A stretch of DNA of 64,000 bases, taken from contig NW_027361819.1 of the NCBI RefSeq assembly GCF_039654945.1, forward strand, positions 6,324,001 to 6,388,000, given 5' to 3'. The position numbers and the translations under genes are program-made. A model generated the notes under the pieces. That model saw only the letters and a list, made by a program, of their open reading frames with translations. It searched no databases and was not told the origin of the DNA. Origin of the DNA: Dendrobates tinctorius (lineage: Eukaryota). Of this stretch, positions 29,101 to 42,800 are shown piece after piece. Positions within the stretch are counted from its first letter, which is position 1, and the number at the start of each line of letters is the position of its first letter.

Positions 29101-31831
29101 TATCCACAAAGTCTCGTAATATATCGTTCATGAAGCACTGGAAGACAGAAGGGGCATTAGTGAGCCCAAAAGGCATCACCAGGTATTCAAAATGTCCCTC
29201 CGGAGTATTAAACGCCGTCTTCCATTCATCCCTATGCTTAATGCAAATAAGATTATACGCCCCCCTGAGGTCAAGCTTGGTAAACCAGCAAGCACCTTTA
29301 ACTCTGGAGAATAGATCAGAAATCAGGGGTAACGGATACTGATATTTAACAGTAATTTTGTTGAGGGCACGATAGTCAATACAAGGCCTTAATGAACCAT
29401 CCTTTTTAGCCACGAAAAAAAACCCAGCACCTAAAGGTGAAGAGGATGGTCTAATATGACCCTTCTCCAACGCCTCCTTAATATATGATCGCATAGCCTC
29501 GTGCTCGGGTACAGATAAATTGAAGAGCCGACCCTTGGGGAATTTACACCCCGGGTTTAGCTCAATTGCACAGTCATAACTCCTATGAGGAGGCAAAGAT
29601 GCAGACTCATTCTCACTAAATACATCATAAAAGTCAGCCAAATAGTCAGGAACATCATGCGACTGGGGAGAGGTGGAGAAAACAGGAGCATCACTAAGGG
29701 CACACCGACAACCCCAACTCACCACAGACAAAGATTTCCAATCCAGAACTGGATTATGGATTTGCAACCAGGGAAACCCCAGAACAATGGTATCATGCAA
29801 ATTATGCAACACCAAAAATCTGCAATTTTCTTGATGGTCTGGGGTGACCCGCATTACCACCTGGGTCCAAAACTGAGGTTTATTCTTCGCCAAAGGAGTA
29901 GCATCAATACCCCTCAAAGGGATAGGCGTCCGCAGAGGTGTCATAGGAAATCCACAACGTTTAGCAAAATCCAAGTCCATCAGGTTAAGAGCTGCTCCTG
30001 AATCCACAAAAGCCTTGGCGGAAAATGTGGACAGGGAGCAGATCAGAGTAATTGCCAGAAGAAACTTAGGTTGAACACCACCCACAGAAAACGTGTGTGC
30101 ACAACTTTTCTCTCGTTTAGGGCAGACAGAAATAATATGCGAGGCATCTCCTCAAACAAAACACAGCTTATTATGCCTTCTGAACTCCTGACGTTGCGCC
30201 CTAGACAAAACTCTATCACATTGCATAGGCTCAGACATTTGTTCAACAGGTGGCAACACCTCTCGTGCAGCTTTGCGTTCACGTAAACGCCGATCCACCT
30301 GAATGGCTAATGACATAGAATCGTCAAGACCAGAGGGAACAGGAAATCCCACCATAGTATCTTTTACAGTTTCTGACAAACCCTTCCGAAAGAGGGCTGC
30401 CAAGGCACCATCATTCCAGGTAGTAAGGACCGCCCACTTTCGGAATTTTTGACAGTACAACTCTGCCGAATCCCGACCCTGGCTTAATGCCAACAGGGTC
30501 TTTTCAGCCTGATCAATAGCATTAGGTTCATCATACAACAACCCCAAGGCTTGAAAAAATGCGTTCACATTATTCAGAATAGGATCATCAGGTTTCAAAG
30601 AAAACGCCCAATCCTGGGTATCGCCGCGCAGCAAAGAGATGACAATTTTAACCTGCTGCGCGGAGTTCCCCGACGAGTTAGGCTTCAAGGCAAAAAATAA
30701 TTTACAATTATTCTTGAAATTCAAGAATTTAGACCGATCCCCAAAAAACACATCAGGAGTGGGAATCTTTGGTTCAGCAGCATGTGAATGAGCAAGATAG
30801 GCGGAATTTCTCCGCACATTAGCAGCGAGCTGCTCCACACGATCAGACAATTGCTTCATCTCCATTGAGAGAAAAATTCCCCCTACGGCCCCAGAGATAT
30901 AGAGGGAAAAATATGCACACACACAAAAAAAAAATTCTGACACTTTTTTTTTTTTTAACAATTCTCTCCTGCTATTGAGTACCCTAGGATCTGCGGTATG
31001 GCCGGTGATTCTGTTATGATGAGTCACCGAAGGAGGAAAAAACAAAATACCAGCTAAGTCCAGAAAAACCAGAGAGGTTGGCAGCTATCGGATTGCAGAC
31101 CCCTGGACCTATCCACAACAACTAGCAGTAGCCTTGGGGGGTTCCTACGGTGCCCTAGACCCCTCGATCACAGCCGGAGAATTACATAGCCTAAAGACAG
31201 AAAGGGGAAAAACTAAACTGCCCCAGAGCAGACCCCAAAGCAATAGGCAGCCCCCAACATATAATGACGGTGAAGCAAGATGAAAACACTAACACAGATA
31301 GAAAGATAGGTTGAGCAAATGATGGGGCCCAAGCTAACTACATAGGACAGGATAGGAAAGCTGCTGTCTGCCATCCGCAAAAACCCTATCAAAATGAGCC
31401 AACCGACTGATAGGAAAAACAGGCCCTGAAGTCGCTAGGCTTCAAAAGACTATATCAGCACTCAGGTATATTCTGAAGACAGAGCAAAAGATCAACAGAT
31501 CAGAGACAAAAATGGAATTCAGCTCACCCCTGGCCGGGGATGGCAGAACTCCCAAAAAACAAGGCAAAACAAAAACAAAACTGAAGAGTACAAAGCAGAG
31601 CAGAAAAACTTAGCTTTGAGATGCAGGAATCAGACTGGTCTCCAAGAATCCAGCAGGAAAATCACCAGCCAGGAAGAAGGGCGTCGGCAGCCTTATATCC
31701 AGTCCTCAATTCCAGCCACCCAGTCATCATCTAGTTGCCCAGGTGTTTGATAATCAGCCTCACTAACTTCCTTCACCAGAGGAGGGAGTTCATCAGACCT
31801 CAATGGTGAAGGGAAAAATGAACTCACAACA
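26101..31831 (-). mobile_element. Full-length Ty3/Gypsy chromovirus (Tf1/sushi-like) LTR retrotransposon, defective
   Basis: 820-bp TG...CA LTRs at 26101-26920 and 31012-31831 (about 6 differences by eye); polypurine tract next to 26921; flanks CCTCAA / TCTCAA; internal gag, protease, RT, RNase H, integrase, chromodomain. Confidence 0.96.
26944..30865 (-). pseudogene. Disrupted gag-pol of the Gypsy element
   Basis: Gag with a TGA replacing a Cys of the zinc knuckle (CFV*GDASHIISVC, 30152-30154); protease FVDSGA; RT YLDDIL; RNase H appears internally deleted (ASEIGAG/EPLAMKW); integrase HHCC, DDE core and GPY; frameshift near 27230 before the chromodomain ([15 protein letters not shown]). Confidence 0.9.
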
Positions 31832-31955
31832 TCTCAAGCCACTACACCATCATCCACAGTGCTAGCGTCCGACACTGCACCTGCTTCCTTGCTTTGTCAT
31901 CGAGCGGCAGTGTCCTACGCCGCGCTGCAGGTGCAGCCCACTTTGGGGCTTGCAG

Positions 31956-34900
31956 TGATGAGTACCAGAGATATGAGGGGTATCGGTGATAGGAGGGGCA
32001 GAACGATGAGTACCAGAGATATGAGGGGAATCGGTGATAGGAGGGGCAGAGCGATGAGTACCAGAGATATGAGGGGTATCGGTGATAGGAGGGGCAGAAC
32101 AATGAGTACCAGAGAGATGAGAGGTATCGGTGATAGGAGGGGCAGAGCGATGAGTACCAGAGATATGAGGGGTATCGGTGATAGGAGGGGCAGAACGATG
32201 AGTACCAGAGAGATGAGAGGTATCGGTGATAGGAGGGGCAGAACGATGAGTACCAGAGATATGAGGGGTATCGGTGATAGGAGGGGCAGAACGATGAGTA
32301 CCAGAGATATGAGGGGTATCGGTGATAGGAGGGGCAGAACGATGAGTATCAGAGATATGAGGGGTATCGGTGATAGGAGGAGCAGAACGAAGAGTACCAG
32401 AGATATGAGGGGTATCGGTGATAGGAGGAGCAGAACGATGAGTACCAGAGATATGAGGGGTATCGGTGATAGGAGGGGCAGAACGATGAGTACCAGAGAT
32501 ATGAGGGGTATCGGTGATAGGAGGGGCAGAACGATGAGTACCAGAGATATGAGGGGTATCGGTGATAGGAGGGGCAGAACGATGAGTACCAGAGATATGA
32601 GGGGTATCGGTGATAGGAGGGGCAGAACGATGAGTACCAGAGATATGAGGGGTATCGGTGATAGGAGGGGCAGAACGATGAGTACCAGAGATATGAGGGG
32701 TATCGGTGATAGGAGGGGCAGAACGATGAGTACCAGAGAGATGAGGGGTATCGGTGATAGGAGGGGCAGAACGATGAGTACCAGAGAGATGAGGGGTATC
32801 GGTGATAGGAGGGGCAGAACGATGAGTACCAGAGATATGAGGGGTATCGGTGATAGGAGGGGCAGAACGATGAGTATCAGAGATATGAGGGGTATCGGTG
32901 ATAGGAAGGGCAGAACGATGAGTACCAGAGATATGAGGGTTATCGGTGATAGGAGGGGCAGAACGATGAGAACCAGAGATATGAGGGGTATCGGTGATAG
33001 GAGGAGCAGAACGATGAGTACCAGAGATATGAGGGGTATCGGTGATAGGAGGGGCAGAACGATGAGTATCAGAGATATGAGGGGTATCGGTGACAGGAGG
33101 GGCAGAACGATGAGTACCAGAGATATGAGGGGTATCGGTGATAGGAGGGGCAGAACGATAAATACCAGAGATATGAGGGGTATCTGTGATAAGAGGGGCA
33201 GAACGATGAGCACCAGAGGGATGAGGGGTATCGGTAATAGGAGGGGCAGAACGATGAGTACCAGAGATATGAGGGGTATCGGTGATAGGAGGGGCAGAAC
33301 GATGAGCATCAGAGATATGAGGGTTATCAGTGATAGGAGGGGCAGAACGATGAGTACCAGAGATATGAGGGGTATCGGTGATAGGAGGGGCAGAACGATG
33401 AGTACCAGAGATATGAGGGGTATCGGTGATAGGAGGGGCAGAACGATGAGCACCAGCGATATGAGGGGTATCGGTGATAGGAGGAGCAGAACGATGAGCA
33501 CCAGAGATATGAGGGGTATCGGTGATAGGAGGGGCAGAACGATGAGCACCAGAGATATGAGGGGTATCGGTGATAGGAAGGGCAGAACGATGAGTACCAG
33601 AGATAGGAGGGGTATCGGTGACAGGAGGGGCAGAACGATGAGTACCAGAGATATGAGGGGTATCGGTGATAGGAGGAGCAGAACGATGAGTACCAGAGAT
33701 ATGAGGGGTATCGGTGATAGGAGAAGCAGAACGATGAGTACCAGAGATATGAGGGGTATCGGTGATAGGAGGAGCAGAACGATGAGTACCAGAGATATGA
33801 GGGGTATCGGTGATAGGAGGAGCAGAACGATGAGTACCAGAGATATGAGGGGTATCGGTGATAGGAGGGGCAGAACGATGAGCACCAGAGATATGAGGGG
33901 TATCGGTGATAGGAGGAGCAGAACGATGAGCACCAGAGATATGAGGGGTATCGGTGATAGGAGGGGCAGAACGATGAGTACCAGAGATATGAGGGGTATC
34001 GGTGATAGGAGGGGTAGAACGATGACTACCAGAGATATGAGGGGTATCGGTGATAGGAGGGGCAGAACGATGAGTACCAGAGATATGAGGGGTATCGGTG
34101 ATAGGAGAGGCAGAACGATGAGCACCAGAGATATGAGGGGTATCGTGATAGGAGGAGCAGAACGATGAGCACCAGAGATATGAGGGGTATCGGTGATAGG
34201 AGGGGCAGAACGATGAGTACCAGAGATATGAGGGGTATCGGTGATAGGAGGAGCAGAACGATGAGCACCAGAGATATGAGGGGTATCGGTGATAGGAGGG
34301 GCAGAACGATGAGTACCAGAGATATGAGGGGTATCGGTGATAGGAGGGGTAGAACGATGACTACCAGAGATATGAGGGGTATCGGTGATAGGAGGGGCAG
34401 AACGATGAGTACCAGAGATATGAGGGGTATCGGTGATAGGAGAGGCAGAACGATGAGTACCAGAGATATGAGGGGTATCGGTGATAGGAGGGGCAGAGCG
34501 ATGAGTACCAGAGATATGAGGGGTATCGGTGATAGTAGGGGCAGAACGATGAGTACCAGAGAGATGAGAGGTATCGGTGATAGGAGGGGCAGAACGATGA
34601 GTACCAGAGATATGAGGGGTATCGGTGATAGGAGGGGCAGAACGATGAGTACCAGAGATATGAGGGGTATCGGTGATAGGAGGGGTAGAACGATGACTAC
34701 CAGAGATATGAGGGGTATCGGTGATAGGAGGGGCAGAACGATGAGTACCAGAGATATGAGGGGTATCGGTGATAGGAGAGGCAGAACGATGAGTACCAGA
34801 GATATGAGGGGTATCGGTGATAGGAGGGGCAGAGCGATGAGTACCAGAGATATGAGGGGTATCGGTGATAGGAAGGGCAGAACGATGAGTACCAGAGAGA

Positions 34901-37900
34901 TGAGAGGTATCGGTGATAGGAGGGGCAGAACGATGAGTACCAGAGATATGAGGGGTATCGGTGATAGGAGGGGCAGAACGATGAGTACCAGAGATATGAG
35001 GGGTATCGGTGATAGGAGGGGCAGAACGATGAGTATCAGAGATATGAGGGGTATCAGTGATAGGAGGAGCAGAACGATGAGTACCAGAGAAATGAGGGGT
35101 ATCGGTGATAGGAGGAGCAGAACGATGAGTACCAGAGATATGAGGGGTATCGGTGATAGGAGGGGCAGAACGATGAGTACCAGAGATATGAGGGGTATCG
35201 GTGATAGGAGGGGCAGAACGATGAGTACCAGAGATATGAGGGGTATCGGTGATAGGAGGGGCAGAACGATGAGTACCAGAGATATGAGGGGTATCGGTGA
35301 CAGGAGGGGTAGAACGATGACTACCAGAGATATGAGGGGTATCGGTGACAGGAGGAGCAGAACGATGAGTACCAGAGATATGAGGGGTATCGGTGATAGG
35401 AGGAGCAGAACGATGAGTACCAGAGATATGAGGGGTATCGGTGATAGGAGGGGCAGAACGATGAGTACCAGAGATATGAGGGGTATCGGTGATAGGTGGA
35501 GCAGAACGATGTGTATCAGAGATATGAGGGGTATCGGTGATAGGAGGAGCAGAACGATGAGCACCAGAGATATGAGGGGTATCGGTGATAGGAGGGGCAG
35601 AACGATGAGTACCAGAGATATGAGGGGTATCGGTGATAGGAGGAGCAGAACGATGAGCACCAGAGATATGAGGGGTATCGGTGATAGGAGGAGCAGAACG
35701 ATGAGTACCAGAGATATGAGGGGTATCGGTGACAGGAGGGGCAGAACGATGAGTACCAGAGATATGAGGGGTATCGGTGATAGGAGGGGCAGAACGATGA
35801 GTACCAGAGATATGAGGGGTATCGGTGATAGGAGGGGCAGAACGATGAGTACCAGAGATATGAGGGGTATCGGTGATAGGAGGAGCAGAACGATGAGTAC
35901 CAGAGATATGAGGGGTATCGGTGATAGGAGGAGCAGAACGATGAGTACCAGAGATATGAGGGGTATCGGTGATAGGAGGGGCAGAACGATGAGTATCAGA
36001 GATATGAGGGGTATCGGTGATAGGAGGAGCAGAACGATGAGTACCAGAGATATGAGGGGTATCGGTGACAGGAGGGGCAGAACGATGAGTACCAGAGATA
36101 TGAGGGGTATCGGTGATAGGAGGGGCAGAACGATGAGTATCAGAGATATGAGGGGTATCGGTGATAGGAGGGGCAGAACGATGAGTACCAGAGATATGAG
36201 GGGTATCGGTGATAGGAGGAGCAGAACGATGAGTACCAGAGATATGAGGGGTATCGGTGATAGGAGGGGCAGAACGATGAGTACCAGAGATATGAGGGGT
36301 ATCGGTGACAGGAGGGGCAGAACGATGAGTACCAGAGATATGAGGGGTATCGGTGATAGGAGGGGCAGAACGATGAGTACCAGAGATATGAGGGGTATCG
36401 GTGATAGGAGGAGCAGAACGATGAGTACCAGAGATATGAGGGGTATCGGTGACAGGAGGGGCAGAACGATGAGTACCAGAGATATGAGGGGTATCGGTGA
36501 TAGGAGGGGCAGAACGATGAGTATCAGAGATATGAGGGGTATCGGTGATAGGAGGAGCAGAACGATGAGTACCAGAGATATGAGGGGTATCGGTGATAGG
36601 AGGGGCAGAACGATGAGTACCAGAGATATGAGGGGTATCGGTGACAGGAGGGGCAGAACGATGAGTACCAGAGATATGAGGGGTATCGGTGATAGGAGGG
36701 GCAGAACGATGAGTATCAGAGATATGAGGGGTATCGGTGATAGGAGGGGCAGAACGATGAGTACCAGAGATATGAGGGGTATCGGTGATAGGAGGAGCAG
36801 AACGATGAGTACCAGAGATATGAGGGGTATCGGTGATAGGAGGGGCAGAACGATGAGTACCAGAGATATGAGGGGTATCGGTGACAGGAGGGGCAGAACG
36901 ATGAGTACCAGAGATATGAGGGGTATCGGTGATAGGAGGGGCAGAACGATGAGTACCAGAGATATGAGGGGTATCGGTGATAGGAGGAGCAGAACGATGA
37001 GTACCAGAGATATGAGGGGTATCGGTGACAGGAGGGGCAGAACGATGAGTACCAGAGATATGAGGGGTATCGGTGATAGGAGGAGCAGAACGATGAGTAC
37101 CAGAGATATGAGGGGTATCGGTGATAGGAGGGGCAGAACGATGAGTACCAGAGATATGAGGGGTATCGGTGATAGGAGGGGCAGAACGATGAGTACCAGA
37201 GATATGAGGGGTATCGGTGATAGGAGGAGCAGAACGATGAGTACCAGAGATATGAGGGGTATCGGTGATAGGAGGAGCAGAACGATGAGTACCAGAGATA
37301 TGAGGGGTATCGGTGATAGGAGGAGCAGAACGATGAGTACCAGAGATATGAGGGGTATCGGTGATAGGAGGAGCAGAACGATGAGTACCAGAGATATGAG
37401 GGGTATCGGTGATAGGAGGAGCAGAACGATGAGTACAAGAGATATGAGGGGTATCGGTGATAGGAGGGGCAGAACGATGAGTACCAGAGATATGAGGGGT
37501 ATCGGTGATAGGAGGAGCAGAACGATGAGTACCAGAGATATGAGGGGTATCGGTGATAGGAGGAGCAGAACGATGAGTACCAGAGATATGAGGGGTATCG
37601 GTGATAGGAGGAGCAGAACGATGAGCACCAGAGATATGAGGGGTATCGGTGATAGGAGGGGCAGAACGATGAGTACCAGAGATATGAGGGGTATCGGTGA
37701 TAGGAGGGGCAGAACGATGAGTACCAGAGATATGAGGGGTATCGGTGATAGGAGGGGCAGAACGATGAGTACCAGAGATATGAGGGGTATCGGTGATAGG
37801 AGGAGCAGAACGATGAGTACCAGAGATATGAGGGGTATCGGTGATAGGAGGAGCAGAACGATGAGTACCAGAGATATGAGGGGTATCGGTGATAGGAGGG

Positions 37901-39832
37901 GCAGAACGATGAGTACCAGAGATATGAGGGGTATCGGTGATAGGAGGAGCAGAACGATGAGTACCAGAGATATGAGGGGTATCGGTGATAGGAGGGGCAG
38001 AACGATGAGTATCAGAGATATGAGGGGTATCGGTGATAGGAGGGGCAGAACGATGAGTATCAGAGATATGAGGGGTATCGGTGATAGGAGGAGCAGAACG
38101 ATGAGTACCAGAGATATGAGGGGTATCGGTGATAGGAGGGGCAGAACGATGAGTACCAGAGATATGAGGGGTATCGGTGATAGGAGGGGCAGAACGATGA
38201 GTACCAGAGATATGAGGGGTATCGGTGATAGGAGGGGCAGAACGATGAGTACCAGAGAGATGAGGGGTATCGGTGATAGGAGGGGCAGAACGATGAGTAC
38301 CAGAGATATGAGGGGTATCTGTGATAAGAGGGGCAGAACGATGAGCACCAGAGATATGAGGGGTATCGGTGATAGGAGGGGCAGAACGATGAGTACCAGA
38401 GATATGAGGGGTATCGGTGATAGGAGGAGCAGAACGATGAGTATCAGAGATATGAGGGGTATCGGTGATAGGAGGGGCAGAACGATGAGTACCAGAGATA
38501 TGAGGGGTATCGGTGATAGGAGGAGCAGAACGATGAGTACCAGAGATATGAGGGGTATCGGTGATAGGAGGGGCAGAACGATGAGCATCAGAGATATGAG
38601 GGGTATCGGTGATAGGAGGAGCAGAACGATGAGCATCAGAGATATGAGGGGTATCGGTGATAGGAGGGGCAGAACGATGAGTACCAGAGATATGAGGGGT
38701 ATCGGTGATAGGAGGAGCAGAACGATGAGTACCAGAGATATGAGGGTTATCGGTGATAGGAGGGGCAGAACGATGAGCATCAGAGATATGAGGGGTATCG
38801 GTGATAGGAGGAGCAGAACGATGAGTACCAGAGATATGAGGGGTATCGGTGATAGGAGGAGCAGAACGATGAGTACCAGAGATATGAGGGGTATCGGTGA
38901 TAGGAGGGGCAGAACGATGAGTACCAGAGATATGAGGGGTATCGGTGATAGGAGGAGCAGAACGATGAGTATCAGAGATATGAGGGGTATCGGTGATAGG
39001 AGGGGCAGAACGATGACTACCAGAGATATGAGGGGTATCGGTGATAGGAGGAGCAGAACGATGAGTATCAGAGATATGAGGGGTATCGGTGATAGGAGGA
39101 GCAGAACGATGACTACCAGAGATATGAGGGGTATCGGTGATAGGAGGAGCAGAACGATGAGTATCAGAGATATGAGGGGTATCGGTGATAGGAGGAGCAG
39201 AACGATGACTACCAGAGATATGAGGGGTATCGGTGATAGGAGGAGCAGAACGATGAGTATCAGAGATATGAGGGGTATCGGTGATAGGAGGAGCAGAACG
39301 ATGAGTATCAGAGATATGAGGGGTATCGGTGATAGGAGGAGCAGAACGATGAGCACCAGAGATATGAGGGGTATCGGTGATAGGAGGAGCAGAACGATGA
39401 GTATCAGAGATATGAGGGGTATTGGTGATAGGAGGAGCAGAACGATGAGTATCAGAGATATGAGGGGTATCGGTGATAGGAGGAGCAGAACGATGAGTAC
39501 CAGAGATATGAGGGGTATCGGTGATAGGAGGGGCAGAACGATGAGCACCAGAGATATGAGGGGTATCGGTGATAGGAGGGGCAGAATGATGAGTATCAGA
39601 GATATGAGGGGTATCGGTGATAGGAGGGGCAGAACGATGAGCACCAGAGATATGAGGGGTATCGGTGATAGGAGGGGCAGAATGATGAGTATCAGAGATA
39701 TCTTTCTTCTTCTTTATTTTTTTTTATATAGCGCTAACATATTCCGCAGCGCTTTACAGTTTGCACACATTTCATCACTGTCCCCGGTGGGGTTCACAAT
39801 CTGAATTCCCTATCAGTATGTCTTTGGAGTGT

Positions 39833-39863
<31 letters not shown>

Positions 39864-42800
39864 ACGCAAACACGGGGAGAACATACAAACTCCTTGCAGA
39901 TGTTGTCCTTGGTGGGATTCGAACCCAGGACCCCAGCAGCGCTGCAAGGCTGCAGCGCTAACCACTGAGCCACCGTGCTGCCCGAGATATGAGGGGTATC
40001 GGTGATAGGAGGGGCAGAACGATGAGCACCAGAGATATGAGGGGTATCGGTGATAGGAGGAGCAGAACGATGAGTATCAGAGATATGAGGGGTATCGGTG
40101 ATAGGAGAGGCAGAACGATGAGTACCAGAGATATGAGGGGTATCGGTGATAGGAGGAGCAGAACGATGAGTATCAGAGATATGAGGGGTATCGGTGATAG
40201 GAGGGGCAGAACGATGAGTACCAGAGATATGAGGGGTATCGGTGATAGGAGGGGCAGAACGATGAGCACCAGAGATATGAGGGGTATCGGTGATAGGAGG
40301 AGCAGAACGATGAGTATCAGAGATATGAGGGGTATCGGTGATAGGAGAGGCAGAACGATGAGTACCAGAGATATGAGGGGTATCGGTGATAGGAGGAGCA
40401 GAACGATGAGTACCAGAGATATGAGGGGTATCGGTGATAGGAGGAGCAGAACGATGAGTACCAGAGAGATGAGGGGTATCGGTGATAGGAGGAGCAGAAC
40501 GATGAGTACCAGAGATATGAGGGGTATCGGTGATAGGAGGAGCAGAACGATGAGTACCAGAGATATGAGGGGTATCGGTGATAGGAGGGGCAGAACGATG
40601 AGTACCAGAGATATGAGGGGTATCGGTGATAGGAGGGGCAGAACGATGAGTACCAGAGATATGAGGGGTATCGGTGATAGGAGGAGCAGAACGATGAGTA
40701 CCAGAGATATGAGGGGTATCGGTGATAGGAGGGGCAGAAAGATGAGTACCAGAGATATGAGGGGTATCGGTGATAGGAGGAGCAGAACGATGAGTACCAG
40801 AGATATGAGGGGTATCGGTGATAGGAGGAGCAGAACGATGAGTACCAGAGATATGAGGGGTATCGGTGATAGGAGGAGCAGAACGATGAGTACCAGAGAT
40901 ATGAGGGGTATCGGTGATAGGAGGAGCAGAACGATGAGTACCAGAGATATGAGGGGTATCGGTGATAGGAGGAGCAGAACGATGAGTACCAGAGATATGA
41001 GGGGTATCGGTGATAGGAGGAGCAGAACGATGAGTACCAGAGATATGAGGGGTATCGGTGATAGGAGGAGCAGAACGATGAGTATCAGAGATATGAGGGG
41101 TATCGGTGATAGGAGGGGCAGAACGATGAGTATCAGAGATATGAGGGGTATCGGTGATAGGAGGGGCAGAACGATGAGCACCAGAGATATGAGGGGTATC
41201 GGTGATAGGAGGAGCAGAACGATGAGTATCAGAGATATGAGGGGTATCGGTGATAGGAGAGGCAGAACGATGAGTACCAGAGATATGAGGGGTATCGGTG
41301 ATAGGAGGAGCAGAACGATGAGTACCAGAGATATGAGGGGTATCGGTGATAGGAGGAGCAGAACGATGAGTACCAGAGAGATGAGGGGTATCGGTGATAG
41401 GAGGAGCAGAACGATGAGTACCAGAGATATGAGGGGTATCGGTGATAGGAGGAGCAGAACGATGAGTACCAGAGATATGAGGGGTATCGGTGATAGGAGG
41501 AGCAGAACGATGAGTACCAGAGATATGAGGGGTATCGGTGATAGGAGGAGCAGAACGATGAGTACCAGAGATATGAGGGGTATCGGTGATAGGAGGAGCA
41601 GAACGATGAGTACCAGAGATATGAGGGGTATCGGTGATAGGAGGAGCAGAACGATGAGCACCAGAGATATGAGGGGTATCGGTGATAGGAGGGGCAGAAC
41701 GATGAGCACCAGAGATATGAGGGGTATCGGTGATAGGAGGAGCAGAACGATGAGTACCAGAGATATGAGGGGTATCGGTGATAGGAGGGGCAGAACGATG
41801 AGCACCAGAGATATGAGGGGTATCGGTGATAGGAGGGGCAGAATGATGAGTATCAGAGATATGAGGGGTATCGGTGATAGGAGGGGCAGAACGATGAGTA
41901 CCAGAGATATGAGGGGTATCGGTGATAGGAGGGGCAGAATGATGAGTATCAGAGATATGAGGGGTATCGGTGATAGGAGCAGAACGATGAGTACCAGAGA
42001 TATGAGGGGTATCGGTGATAGGAGGGGCAGAACGATGACTACCAGAGATATGAGGGGTATCGGTGATAGGAGGGGCAGAACGATGAGTACCAGAGATATG
42101 AGGGGTATCGGTGATAGGAGGAGCAGAACGATGAGTACCAGAGATATGAGGGGTATCGGTGATAGGAGGGGCAGAACGATGAGTACCAGAGATATGAGGG
42201 GTATCGGTGATAGGAGGAGCAGAACGATGAGTATCAGAGATATGAGGGGTATCGGTGATAGGAGGGGCAGAACGATGAGTACCAGAGATATGAGGGGTAT
42301 CGGTGATAGGAGGGGCAGAACGATGAGTACCAGAGATATGAGGGGTATCGGTGATAGGAGGAGCAGAACGATGAGTACCAGAGATATGAGGGGTATCGGT
42401 GATAGGAGGAGCAGAACGATGAGTACCAGAGATATGAGGGGTATCGGTGATAGGAGGAGCAGAACGATGAATACCAGAGATATGAGGGGTATCGGTGATA
42501 GGAGGAGCAGAACGATGAGTACCAGAGATATGAGGGGTATCGGTGACAGGAGGAGCAGAACGATGAGTACCAGAGATATGAGGGGTATCGGTGATAGGAG
42601 GAGCAGAACGATGAATACCAGAGATATGAGGGGTATCGGTGATAGGAGGAGCAGAACGATGAGTACCAGAGATATGAGGGGTATCGGTGATAGGAGGAGC
42701 AGAACGATGAGTACCAGAGATATGAGGGGTATCGGTGATAGGAGGAGCAGAACGATGAGTACCAGAGATATGAGGGGTATCGGTGACAGGAGGAGCAGAA

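Noticed and set aside
30152-30154. In-frame TGA between gag and pol as programmed read-through or selenocysteine
   Set aside because: It replaces a conserved Cys inside the zinc knuckle of a copy with other lesions; a nonsense mutation is simpler.
39905-39983. tRNA-like sequence with A and B boxes
   Set aside because: It is the head of a SINE, followed by a V-domain, an L2-like tail and a TSD.
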